Origin: a virus | Taxonomy: Duplodnaviria > Caudoviricetes | Reading direction: 5' to 3' (one strand) | DNA: 64,000 bases | IMG/VR virus record: IMGVR_UViG_3300033069_000781 | Location: 55,053 to 119,052 of that record | Shown: piece after piece, positions 11,081 through 20,571 of the stretch | Numbering within the stretch: the stretch's first letter is position 1 | Layout: every line of letters begins with the position of its first letter | Notes under the pieces: generated by a model | The model's input: the letters and a program-made list of their open reading frames with translations, nothing else | What the model was told of the DNA's origin: nothing | The model's database searches: none | Translations under genes and position numbers: made by a program

Positions 11081-11159
11081 ATATCTATATATTTGTTAAA
11101 AGTTAATTAGCTAGATATGTTAGTTAGGTATATAAGAAAGGTTTTTAAGTCTCAGATAA

Positions 11160-11498
11160 ATGGTAAAAGGAAACGAAGTCAGAGTTGGAGTCAAAGCTAC
11201 AAACACAGCACCAATACTAAATAATATAGGTATAGGTATTCGAGAAATACCCGACGATACCGTCACAATAACCTACGCTAAACTAATAGATCCACTTAAC
11301 GGTCAAGCATTAGCAGAGGACTATAATGTCGAATTAACTTGTTTTAGACTATGGGCCGATGTTGACTCCTGCAGATTTCCTAGGGCTAATAGTAAATTAC
11401 TTCCAAGTGAAAAACTAATCATAGACGATAATTCAGAGAATATCTGGGCCATTAAAATCAAAGAGCTAATAAGACTTGGCATCAAGATGGTTAGCTAA
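11160..11498 (+). CDS. hypothetical protein
   Basis: 112-aa ORF. Confidence 0.55.
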   Translation: MVKGNEVRVGVKATNTAPILNNIGIGIREIPDDTVTITYAKLIDPLNGQALAEDYNVELTCFRLWADVDSCRFPRANSKLLPSEKLIIDDNSENIWAIKIKELIRLGIKMVS

Positions 11499-11519
11499 AC
11501 TACTTGAAAGGTAGCGAAG

Positions 11520-12014
11520 ATGACTCAAACCGAAACTCAAACACTGACACCTGAGCAGAGAACTCATTTACTCCAATGGGCGGAAGCCTTAGAGAGTGGT
11601 AAATATAAACAGGGCAAGAACCAGCTAATCAATAACTATATGGTCGATGACCCCGCTGACTATACCTATTGCTGCTTAGGTGTGGCCTGCGAAATATTGC
11701 CCAAAGAGGAATTCGGAGCAGTAGTAGCCCAGGCGTTCAGGAATGCACGAACAGAAAGCTTACCAAAGGAAGTCGATGAGTACTATGGACTGCATAGTGA
11801 TTTACACTGCACTGGTAGGACAATTTCTGCATTATGTGACGATATCGAAGCTAATCATTTTTACCCCGATATATCACTAAAGGCTTATTTATCTACTTTA
11901 CCCTTTAGCCGCCTCAATGATTCCAGAGGGGCCAGTTTTGCAAATATAGCGGCTCATATCCGAAGAGTTGTTAAGCGTAGTGAAGAACTAGAGAGTAGTC
12001 ATAATGGAAATTGA
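11520..12014 (+). CDS. hypothetical protein, CCLGV-family paralog 1
   Basis: WAEALESGKYKQ...YCCLGVACE...LND...F..IA. Confidence 0.75.
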   Translation: MTQTETQTLTPEQRTHLLQWAEALESGKYKQGKNQLINNYMVDDPADYTYCCLGVACEILPKEEFGAVVAQAFRNARTESLPKEVDEYYGLHSDLHCTGRTISALCDDIEANHFYPDISLKAYLSTLPFSRLNDSRGASFANIAAHIRRVVKRSEELESSHNGN

Positions 12015-12486
12015 AAACGAAACACCCCATCAAGTCGATCCAGTTAAATTGGATAGATTACTCATATGGGCCGATGCTTTAGATAGTGGTGCCTATAAGC
12101 AGACTACGGGCGTATTGATGGAAATAGATCCTACTGATTCACCAACCCCCACCTATTGCTGCTTAGGGGTTATGTGTGAGATATTGCCCAAGGCGGGCTG
12201 TACCAACAACGAGGTACTAGGTAGGGCACAACACAACATTAGTAGCGGACGATCACAGCCTGATGATGATATAAATGAGTTCTTTGGATTAGGTTCAACA
12301 AATGATGAGCCTGGTTTAAGTGTCATGAGTGCAGTCCTGGATGATGCTCTAGATGATTATAAGCCATATCGATATCTAGATAGACAGCTCTTCATCTCTT
12401 TAAATGATGATTATTCCTGGGACTTCAATAGAATAGCTAACTTTATCAGAACTGTTGTTCAGAAAATCAAGGAGTATCAAAAGTAA
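12004..12486 (+). CDS. hypothetical protein, CCLGV-family paralog 2
   Basis: WADALDSGAYKQ...YCCLGVMCE...LND...F..IA. Confidence 0.75.
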   Translation: MEIENETPHQVDPVKLDRLLIWADALDSGAYKQTTGVLMEIDPTDSPTPTYCCLGVMCEILPKAGCTNNEVLGRAQHNISSGRSQPDDDINEFFGLGSTNDEPGLSVMSAVLDDALDDYKPYRYLDRQLFISLNDDYSWDFNRIANFIRTVVQKIKEYQK

Positions 12487-13089
12487 ATGGCAACTTCAAC
12501 TAAAACTAAAAGCAAAGTAATTGGGCCCTCAAAGGAAGTTAAGACTCTAATCGATGCGACCGAGAAGGGTCGTAGACTATTCAAACTCACTAAGGCTAGG
12601 GTTGATAATCTCCGCTACTGGGCCACCGAACTCAATAGTGGTAAGTGGGATCAGACAATTGAGGAACTAGTTAGCATCAAAGTAACAGACTATGTAACAG
12701 ACAAGCTACTCCCTGCTGTAGATGTAAATGCCAAGAGTAATCAATTCTGTTGCTTAGGTGTAGCCTGTGTACTTAGGGATATTAAATGCATTAAGAATCC
12801 TAATATCAGATTCTCACTCCGAAGCAGTGTTTACGATCTAGGCGGCGGTATACATGTTACTAATGCTGTCAAATCCTTCTTTGGATTGACAGCCGCAAAT
12901 GGATTTGAATATGAAGATCTTCGCGACTATTTAAAGGAAGATAACACAGCCAAGATCAAAGAGAATTCAGCTGAATTCTTGAGCAACAGCACATTTGCTC
13001 AGATGAATGATACAGGAGGCTGGACCTTTGGTGATATCGCATATTACATCAGAGAGTTTATTCTTAAGAATTCCTATATTTCGGGCTAA
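12487..13089 (+). CDS. hypothetical protein, CCLGV-family paralog 3
   Basis: WATELNSGKWDQ...FCCLGVAC...MND...F..IA. Confidence 0.75.
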   Translation: MATSTKTKSKVIGPSKEVKTLIDATEKGRRLFKLTKARVDNLRYWATELNSGKWDQTIEELVSIKVTDYVTDKLLPAVDVNAKSNQFCCLGVACVLRDIKCIKNPNIRFSLRSSVYDLGGGIHVTNAVKSFFGLTAANGFEYEDLRDYLKEDNTAKIKENSAEFLSNSTFAQMNDTGGWTFGDIAYYIREFILKNSYISG

Positions 13090-13119
13090 TTGACTTTAGT
13101 TAAATCTATACATTAACTT

Positions 13120-13695
13120 ATGTCTGAATCTATAAAAACAATATTGGCCTTAGACCTCTCACTTAGCACTGGCTGGTGTATAACAAATACTTCAGATACA
13201 CCAACTTATAGAAGTGGTAAGTGGAAGCTAAGGAATACTGATCCTATTAGTCGAATAATATCACTCCAAGAAGAACTATACGAAGTACTTACATTTGATC
13301 ACATAGACTTAATAGTCTTCGAGAGGGTTGACTTCTCAAAGTTCCTACTAGCCTATGCATCCTATAATCAGCTACTAGCAATGGTTTACTTGTTCGCCGA
13401 TGGTAGTAATACCCCCCTCTATGGAGTTCCAACTGGAACTCTCAAGAAGTACAGTACTGGTAATGGTGGGGCCGATAAGGAAGCAATGGTTGCTGCAGCA
13501 AACCTTATATGGCCGGATAAGAACTTTGAGGTTAAAGCAGATAACGATGAAGTCGATGCTAGATTACTTGCCCGATTAGCCGTAGAGCACTTAACCAATC
13601 CATTACTAGCAGTAACCTTTAAAACTAATTTCGATACACGTAATCCTTTAGTAAAGGAAAAGAAACCTAAAAAGAAAAGAAATGTCAAGAAATAA
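13120..13695 (+). CDS. ruvC: RuvC-like Holliday junction resolvase
   Basis: ILALDLS..TG, VFE, LKKYSTGNGGADK..M, DNDEVDA. Confidence 0.85.
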   Translation: MSESIKTILALDLSLSTGWCITNTSDTPTYRSGKWKLRNTDPISRIISLQEELYEVLTFDHIDLIVFERVDFSKFLLAYASYNQLLAMVYLFADGSNTPLYGVPTGTLKKYSTGNGGADKEAMVAAANLIWPDKNFEVKADNDEVDARLLARLAVEHLTNPLLAVTFKTNFDTRNPLVKEKKPKKKRNVKK

Positions 13696-14158
13696 ATCTG
13701 TATATCTTGCTGGCCCTATAACTGGATTAACTTATAGCGAAACTATAAATTGGAGAGAAATAGCCACAAAAGAATTTAAGCTCTGTGGGATCGATGCTTA
13801 CTCTCCAATGCGTAATAAAGCCTATTTAGATAATGGAAAACCAATTGATCCTGTACAAACAAGAGATTTATCAAAAATCTTAAGTACCAATAAAGCCATA
13901 GTGAGCCGCGACTATAATGACGTATCGAACTCTGATTGTCTATTAGTCAACCTATTAGGGGCCACTAAAGTAACAATTGGAACAGTGGCTGAAATGGCTT
14001 GGGCCCATCAATTACGTAAGCCTATAGTATGTGCAATAGAGCAAGATGGAACCAATATACATGAACACGCCTTTATACAAGAATTCATAAATTTCAGAGT
14101 CAATAATTTAGACGATGCCATAAGAACCTGCTGCCATATACTTCTCTCATATAACTAA
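13682..14158 (+). CDS. nucleoside 2-deoxyribosyltransferase-family protein
   Basis: VYLAGPI, RD..DV..SD, GT.AEMAWA..L.KP. Confidence 0.85.
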   Translation: MSRNKSVYLAGPITGLTYSETINWREIATKEFKLCGIDAYSPMRNKAYLDNGKPIDPVQTRDLSKILSTNKAIVSRDYNDVSNSDCLLVNLLGATKVTIGTVAEMAWAHQLRKPIVCAIEQDGTNIHEHAFIQEFINFRVNNLDDAIRTCCHILLSYN

Positions 14159-14161
14159 GAA

Positions 14162-14791
14162 ATGAATACTGATAGATTAATAAACAATCACGCTCAAACT
14201 ATATTCTTACTCGGTGAGATGTGTGCTGGTAAAGATTATCTGGGTAAGATTCTATGTGAAGAACTAGGATATACCAGGATCGCATTAGCCGATGCTTTAA
14301 AGCACGAGGTGGCTGCTATACATGGTTTAACTATAGACGATATAAACCGTAATAAAGCGGTATGGAGACCGGAACTGCAGACCCACGGCGAGATGCGTAG
14401 GAAGCAGAATATTGATTACTGGGTTGATCAATTCTGGATAGCCCGAAATCTAATCAATGGTCCTGTAGTCTGCACCGATGCCCGCTATATCAATGAGGCT
14501 ACATCAGCTGTTATATGGCATGATAAGACCTGTGTAGTTCGTATATTGGTTCCTAAGGCTATTAGGCACGCTAGGGCAGTTGCGGCCTACGGAGAGGTAC
14601 CAGAATCAATCTATAACCATCCCTCGGAGTATCAGCAAGTCTTATGCCCATTTAATGTAGTCCTAAATGGTACATTACCTAGAGAGCAATTACATGGAGC
14701 TTTTCTTTCTTCAATAGAAGACTGGGTATCAATGGGCAAACCTATCTTTAGGCAGGACTTAGTCCTGGAATCAATTCAACAGGATAAATAA
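14162..14791 (+). CDS. deoxynucleotide monophosphate kinase-like P-loop kinase
   Basis: GEMCAGKD, ALADALK, R.ELQ..G...R, DARY.NE, H.SE. Confidence 0.8.
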   Translation: MNTDRLINNHAQTIFLLGEMCAGKDYLGKILCEELGYTRIALADALKHEVAAIHGLTIDDINRNKAVWRPELQTHGEMRRKQNIDYWVDQFWIARNLINGPVVCTDARYINEATSAVIWHDKTCVVRILVPKAIRHARAVAAYGEVPESIYNHPSEYQQVLCPFNVVLNGTLPREQLHGAFLSSIEDWVSMGKPIFRQDLVLESIQQDK

Positions 14792-15385
14792 ATGAGACTG
14801 ACCGGTCCCGAAATAAAGAAACAGATTGAGTTGGGTCTTATCGATATCACACCTTTTGATGAGTCCCAACTGGGGCCAAATAGCTATGATGTTAGATTGG
14901 CCCCAACCCTATACGAGGTTGAACAGCCCTATACAGGTAGATCTGTTATGTCACTAGGTGGCTTTCAGATGTCTAAAACGGAGCTAGCAGCTCTAGATAT
15001 AAAGCTACCTTGCTCCTATGTACATATTGAAATACCCGAAACTGGTTATGAACTCAAACCTGGCAAATTCTACTTAGGTGTAACTAAGGAGTTCACCGCT
15101 ACTAATGATTTCTTACCTATACTTGATGGTAGATCTAGTTGCGCCAGATATGGTATGACAGTTCACCAAACTGCAGGTTTCGGTGATGTCGGTTTCGCGG
15201 GCCACTGGACCCTAGAGATAACCGTAGCTCTCCCGCTAATAATATATCCAAACATTCGGATCGCCCAAGTAAGCTTTGAGCAAGTAATGGGCACTATAAA
15301 GAATTACAAAGACAAAGGCAACTATATAAATGAATACACAGAGAACCCTAAACCCCGTATCGGAAAACCCGGTAACTTCTTCTAG
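14792..15385 (+). CDS. dcd: dCTP deaminase
   Basis: PNSYDVRL, DGRSSCAR.G, AGFGDVGF.GHWTLEI. Confidence 0.93.
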   Translation: MRLTGPEIKKQIELGLIDITPFDESQLGPNSYDVRLAPTLYEVEQPYTGRSVMSLGGFQMSKTELAALDIKLPCSYVHIEIPETGYELKPGKFYLGVTKEFTATNDFLPILDGRSSCARYGMTVHQTAGFGDVGFAGHWTLEITVALPLIIYPNIRIAQVSFEQVMGTIKNYKDKGNYINEYTENPKPRIGKPGNFF

Positions 15386-18300
15386 ACCAATCTATAGTTA
15401 TGAACAAGCTAAAGCTGCTTCTACCGAGTACTTCAACGGAGATGAATTAGCGGCAGCTGTCTTTGTTGATAAGTATGCCCTCAGAAATGAGAAGAATGAG
15501 TTGGTGGAATTAACACCAACTGATATGCATTGGCGTATAGCTAATGAATTCGCCAGGATCGAGCAGAGGAAATTCAAAGATCCAATGAGTGCTCAGACTA
15601 TCTTCAATCTATTAGATAGATTCGCTAAGGTAGTCATGCAGGGATCACCCTCATATGGCATAGGTAACTACTATCAATATATATCAATTGGTAATTGCTT
15701 CGTAATACCCTCCCCCTTAGATTCGTATCTTGGAATCATGCATACCGATACCCAGATAACTCAAATCAGTTGTCGTAGAGGTGGTGTGGGCTGGAGTAAC
15801 TCCAAACTTAGGCCCGCCGGTATGCTGGTTAAGAATGCTGCCAAGACAACTAGCGGTATGATTGGGTTCGCTAAACGATTCTCTAATACAGTTAGAGAAG
15901 TTGGCCAGCATGGACGCAGAGGTGCCTCACTACAGGAGCTATCGTGCTGGCATCCCGAGATCATGGAATTCATCAAGGTTAAGCAGAACCTAACAGAGCT
16001 GACTGGTTCTAATATATCTGTAGATTTCTACGATGACTTCATGCAGAAGGTATTCGATCGGGCCGATATAAAGCTTCGTTGGCCTGTCTGTAAAGCCGAT
16101 GCAGATGAGATGAAGAGACCATTCCCAGAATGCGAGGTAGCAGCTAATGCTGGGCAGATCTGGGATGAGTTTATTAAGTCAGCTCATCTAATGGCTGAAC
16201 CTGGTTGTAAGTTTATGGATACAGTCCATAGAATGAGCCCAGGTGTTCCATATGGTCATATTGAAACTGCGAGTAATCCTTGTGTAACTGCAGATACTTG
16301 GGTAATGACTTCCGAGGGTCCACGAAGAGTATCAGATCTTATAGGTAAGAAGTTTAATGCGTTAGTAGGTAATCAGTCCTACGAATCCACTGTTGATGGT
16401 TTCTGGTGCAGCGGAGTTAAGCAAACTATAAAACTTAAAACTCTGGGAGGCTTCACAATTGAATGTACTCCTGATCATAAGTTACTATCGGCCCGGATTG
16501 AAAATGGCGTAAAAGTCACGGAATGGAAGGAAGCCCAGAACTTTACAACTAGCGATATGGTTGATGTAAATAACCATACTGGAGTTGAATGGGATGGTCA
16601 AGGCACAGACGATGAAGGATATCTAATAGGAACTATATTAGGTGACGGTCATATAACAGATAACAAAACAGCTCGCGTATCCTGGTGGGGCGAGAATAAA
16701 GGAGAGATGAAAGATTACACTCGTGATCTAGTTCATCGTACTTTGGATTGTAAGAGTAACCTTGGCTCTGGGTCCGTGGTTTGTAAATCTGCTGTAGACA
16801 GAGATTCAACTGGCTTTAGCTCTGTTAGATTACTAGAACTTACACAAACGTTCGATCTACATCACGATAAGAAGATTACAGATACTATAGAGAAAGCCAG
16901 TAGTGATTTCTATAGAGGCTTTTTACGCGGTTGGTTTGACTCAGATGGTACAGTTCAAATTAATCAGTCTAACGGGTCATACTCGGTAAGGTTAAGTTGC
17001 TCAACCCTACCAAATCTAGAGGTTGCCCATAGAATGCTTGCGCGTCTAGGTATAGTATCAAAGTTGTACGTCAACAGACGTGAGAGTGGGTATCGATCAA
17101 TGCCTGATGGTAGGGGTGGAAGCAAAGAGTACCCTTGCCAAGCTAACCATGAAATAGTAATTACCAAAAGTAACATAAGAGCATTCAGAGACAGTATAGG
17201 TTTTATTGATTCGTCGAAAGCGGAGAAGTTGAATAGAGTATGTGACCAATTTGCCTTATCAGCTGAAACCTACACAAGTAGAGTAATCAGCATAGAGAAT
17301 GGCTCAACTCAACCTGTGTATGATTGTACTGTTGATAAGGTGCATAGATTTGATGCAAACGGAATTACAATAAAAAATTGTGGTGAGCAAAATATGCCAC
17401 CCTATGCTTCTTGCAGATTACTCCTACTCAACCTAATCAGTTATGTTCGCAATAAATTTAAGCCCGACGCTTACTTTGATTTCGAGGCTTTTGCTGCAGA
17501 TGTCAAGATATTACAACGACTAGGCGACGATCTAGTTGATATCGAGATCGAGTGTATCGATCGAATACTAGATAAACTTAGCCGCGATCCTGAACCGGAT
17601 TACATAAAGAAACCAGCGGTTGATCTCTGGGAGAATGTACGCAGAGTAGCCCTATTGGATCGTAGGACTGGTTGTGGGTTCACCGCTCTAGGTGATACCA
17701 TTGCGGCCCTAAATATGAAGTATGGTTCAAAACTCAGCATAGAATTCGCGGAGAAGATGCAGAGAATATATGCTCTATCTGCTTATAGATCATCTGTAGA
17801 GATGGCAAAGGAGCTAGGTCACTTCCCTGAGTTCGATGCTAAGTTAGACATACAATCTGGATTTATTCAGTTAATACAAAAAGAGGATCCAGAACTTTTC
17901 AGCGATATGCAGAAGTGGGGCCGTAGAAATATGGTCCTATTAACTGTAGCCCCGGTGGGATCCCTGAGCTGCGAGACTCAAACAACCTCTGGAATGGAGC
18001 CTGTATTCCTACTCTACTACACTAGGCGTAAGAAGGGTAATCCTGGAGATTCAGGATTTAGAACTGATTCTATAGATGCCAATGGCGATCACTGGATGCA
18101 TTTCGATGTCTATCATAAAGGTCTACAGGACTGGATGGATATTACGGGCAATAAGAACATCAAAGATAGCCCTTACTACGGGGCATCAGCCAATGATATT
18201 GATTGGTTATCCAGAGTGACTATGCAGGCTACCTTACAGAAGTGGATTGACAACTCTATTTCTAGTACAGTTAACTTGCCTCAAGATGTGCCCGTAGAGA

Positions 18301-18965
18301 CCGTAGACAAGATCTATAAGACGGCGTGGAAGATGGGCTGTAAAGGTATAACCATCTATAGAGATAAGTGCAGGGATGGTGTATTGGTATCCAAGGAGCC
18401 CGAGAAGAAGCTTTCTGGTAAAGAGCAGGCACTTGCCGATAGACTATGGCATGAGTATCTAGAGACTAAGCCGGTTAAGAGACCTAAAGAATTAGCTTGT
18501 GATATCCATCACACTAAATCTAAAGGTGAAGACTTCTTTGTATTAGTTGGGTTAATGGATAATCACCCCTATGAAGTCTTTGCTGGTAAGAATGGCACAG
18601 TGACCTCTGCTAAAACTGGGACTATTACTAAAAATAAAAGGGGTCATTATGAGCTCAAAGCAAGTGATGACTCCGTAATAGAGAATGTCTGTGATTTACT
18701 CACAGATGAACAAGCCGTAATTACTAGAATGGTAAGTCTATCCTTAAGGCATGGTTCCAACGTATCCTTTATAGTGGATCAATTAGAGAAGGCTCCAGGG
18801 GATATGACAAACTTTGGTAAAGCTCTAGCTCGAACTCTAAAGAAATACATAAAGAATGGCTCCAAGGTAACTGGTGCTACTTGTACTAATTGTGGATCAT
18901 CCGACATAGTTAGACAAGAGGGTTGTCAGACATGCTCTGGCTGTGGTAGTAGTAAATGTTCATAA
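15330..18965 (+). CDS. nrdJ: class II (adenosylcobalamin) ribonucleotide reductase with intein
   Basis: GNCFV, RRGGVG, GRRGA, SNP/CGEQ split by intein, RRTGCG, APVGS, GITIYRD, C-terminal TSCPD-like domain and Zn ribbon; no R2 subunit nearby. Confidence 0.92.
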   Translation: MNTQRTLNPVSENPVTSSRPIYSYEQAKAASTEYFNGDELAAAVFVDKYALRNEKNELVELTPTDMHWRIANEFARIEQRKFKDPMSAQTIFNLLDRFAKVVMQGSPSYGIGNYYQYISIGNCFVIPSPLDSYLGIMHTDTQITQISCRRGGVGWSNSKLRPAGMLVKNAAKTTSGMIGFAKRFSNTVREVGQHGRRGASLQELSCWHPEIMEFIKVKQNLTELTGSNISVDFYDDFMQKVFDRADIKLRWPVCKADADEMKRPFPECEVAANAGQIWDEFIKSAHLMAEPGCKFMDTVHRMSPGVPYGHIETASNPCVTADTWVMTSEGPRRVSDLIGKKFNALVGNQSYESTVDGFWCSGVKQTIKLKTLGGFTIECTPDHKLLSARIENGVKVTEWKEAQNFTTSDMVDVNNHTGVEWDGQGTDDEGYLIGTILGDGHITDNKTARVSWWGENKGEMKDYTRDLVHRTLDCKSNLGSGSVVCKSAVDRDSTGFSSVRLLELTQTFDLHHDKKITDTIEKASSDFYRGFLRGWFDSDGTVQINQSNGSYSVRLSCSTLPNLEVAHRMLARLGIVSKLYVNRRESGYRSMPDGRGGSKEYPCQANHEIVITKSNIRAFRDSIGFIDSSKAEKLNRVCDQFALSAETYTSRVISIENGSTQPVYDCTVDKVHRFDANGITIKNCGEQNMPPYASCRLLLLNLISYVRNKFKPDAYFDFEAFAADVKILQRLGDDLVDIEIECIDRILDKLSRDPEPDYIKKPAVDLWENVRRVALLDRRTGCGFTALGDTIAALNMKYGSKLSIEFAEKMQRIYALSAYRSSVEMAKELGHFPEFDAKLDIQSGFIQLIQKEDPELFSDMQKWGRRNMVLLTVAPVGSLSCETQTTSGMEPVFLLYYTRRKKGNPGDSGFRTDSIDANGDHWMHFDVYHKGLQDWMDITGNKNIKDSPYYGASANDIDWLSRVTMQATLQKWIDNSISSTVNLPQDVPVETVDKIYKTAWKMGCKGITIYRDKCRDGVLVSKEPEKKLSGKEQALADRLWHEYLETKPVKRPKELACDIHHTKSKGEDFFVLVGLMDNHPYEVFAGKNGTVTSAKTGTITKNKRGHYELKASDDSVIENVCDLLTDEQAVITRMVSLSLRHGSNVSFIVDQLEKAPGDMTNFGKALARTLKKYIKNGSKVTGATCTNCGSSDIVRQEGCQTCSGCGSSKCS
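16281..17378 (+). mobile_element. LAGLIDADG intein (366 aa) in RNR
   Basis: starts CVTADTWV; block B CTPDHK; LIGTILGDG and FLRGWFDSDG; ends VYDCTV...ANGITIKN followed by Cys+1. Confidence 0.93.
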
Positions 18966-19000
18966 TTTGATTAATTAGCCCTATTGGGCTAGGCCTCCCC

Positions 19001-19037
19001 AATTCTTGCAGGCCTGCAAGAATCTAACATATGTTTA
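19001..19037 (+). repeat. 37-bp element with a 22-bp perfect palindrome and a start codon, copy 1
   Basis: AATTCTTGCAGGCCTGCAAGAATCTAACATATGTTTA, identical to 50170-50206. Confidence 0.9.
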
Positions 19038-19324
19038 CAGCAAAGACAGCTCAGGAATTTCAGTTCTATACCAATATACTTCAGCAAATCCTTAACCATC
19101 CCGAAAGTCTATCTACCTTTCAGGGAGAAACAACCACATCAGACGAGGTGGGTAAGGCTATGATCACTATGGCAGATAGTATCTCAACAGAATGGGTAAA
19201 GCGTATGGACGCCTTTGAGAGAAATGTGAGTGCTCCAAAGGTAGCTGTGGCGGGTCCGATGGACACAGCTCGTATAGCAAATGGTAATAGTAATGGTAAC
19301 GGTTTACGTTTAACCGATCATTAA
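19031..19324 (+). CDS. hypothetical protein
   Basis: 97-aa ORF starting within the repeat. Confidence 0.6.
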   Translation: MFTAKTAQEFQFYTNILQQILNHPESLSTFQGETTTSDEVGKAMITMADSISTEWVKRMDAFERNVSAPKVAVAGPMDTARIANGNSNGNGLRLTDH

Positions 19325-19332
19325 GGATATAA

Positions 19333-19818
19333 ATGATTAATCTAGGTATTGGCGTGGATTCAGACATAGGTATTTCTAATAGCTCAATTAATTCACCTGA
19401 TCAATATACCTATAATTATGTTTTCATAACTAATAGCCCGGCATATGCAGCAAAGAATAAGAAGTCCTGTGCTATAATTAACAAAGTTGAATTATTTGAT
19501 TCAGAGTATCTATTAGAGATACGATTCGAAGATGGATCAATTGCTCAAGCTCTTCCCGAGGAGTTATATGAAATGACCAATAAACATCAATCCATATATA
19601 GCAGCTCTGATTATCTATCCGAATTTAAAGGTAATGCTAAAGAAGAGGAAGATGACGATTTCTTGGGCGATGATGAAGAGGACCCATTTGGGGATGATGA
19701 CGACGATGATTTAGAGTATTTCGACGATGATGAATTCGACGATGAGTCTGGTCTAGACGATGACGAAGATACATTCGACACCGGAAGCGGTTACGAAGAC
19801 GATGATGAAGATCTATAA
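19333..19818 (+). CDS. hypothetical protein with extremely acidic C-terminal tail
   Basis: about 58 C-terminal residues dominated by D/E. Confidence 0.65.
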   Translation: MINLGIGVDSDIGISNSSINSPDQYTYNYVFITNSPAYAAKNKKSCAIINKVELFDSEYLLEIRFEDGSIAQALPEELYEMTNKHQSIYSSSDYLSEFKGNAKEEEDDDFLGDDEEDPFGDDDDDDLEYFDDDEFDDESGLDDDEDTFDTGSGYEDDDEDL

Positions 19819-19827
19819 GAGTAATAT

Positions 19828-20553
19828 ATGGCACATAAAATAGGTTCAGGATATGCAAAGTCCCAGCAACTCGTCACTTCTAGAGGAACTAACTTTAGAC
19901 TAGGGCAGTCTGTTTTACCGGGTATAAGCATAACCAATACTGGCCCCTCTGAAGTCTATGTAGTTATTAATGCTAGAGTAATAGGAGGTCAAGGCAGCGA
20001 TCCAGCTGCTAGATCTATATTATCCATGGCTGATAATGCTGACATCTTTAGCGGTAGCTACGAGATGGTGGACTCAAACAGTACGGGCATGATCGGCTTT
20101 GCAACTGATATTAATGGATCCACTCTGTCCAGCTTTAGTGAATTAGCCCCTAATACAATAATCAATGGCGACACACTAAGACTAATTAAATGTACAGGAG
20201 CTTCTAGCGGATTCCCCACAGATCTAGATGCAGATGACTATTTCGAGTTCCCGATCGATAAGGTAATATCTGATACTAAACTACAATTAGACATAGCAAT
20301 TGATGCACTAGCCTATGCTGATGTCAATCACAGACTATTCGAGATCTGGAGGGGTAAGGATTCCACTAAAATAGATAGTACCTATTATTGGTATACTCCT
20401 GACGAGGTCATAGCTAATGGTATTCTCCTAACCACAGATCAAACTATTAATATCAGTTGTCACCCCGGTAATCCTAAGATATACGGATTTGCTGCTGTAG
20501 CACCTGATCCAGCTAATAGTGCGACTATGGCTTGTCATCAATCCATCTTCTAG
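19828..20553 (+). CDS. hypothetical protein (beta-rich, possibly virion)
   Basis: 241-aa ORF rich in S/T/G/D. Confidence 0.6.
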   Translation: MAHKIGSGYAKSQQLVTSRGTNFRLGQSVLPGISITNTGPSEVYVVINARVIGGQGSDPAARSILSMADNADIFSGSYEMVDSNSTGMIGFATDINGSTLSSFSELAPNTIINGDTLRLIKCTGASSGFPTDLDADDYFEFPIDKVISDTKLQLDIAIDALAYADVNHRLFEIWRGKDSTKIDSTYYWYTPDEVIANGILLTTDQTINISCHPGNPKIYGFAAVAPDPANSATMACHQSIF

Positions 20554-20571
20554 GGTCAATTAAGTAATACT

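Noticed and set aside
14792-15385. Uracil-DNA phage, suggested by dcd plus a phage RNAP as in AR9/PBS1
   Set aside because: dcd is common in ordinary phages and nothing else in the window supports it.
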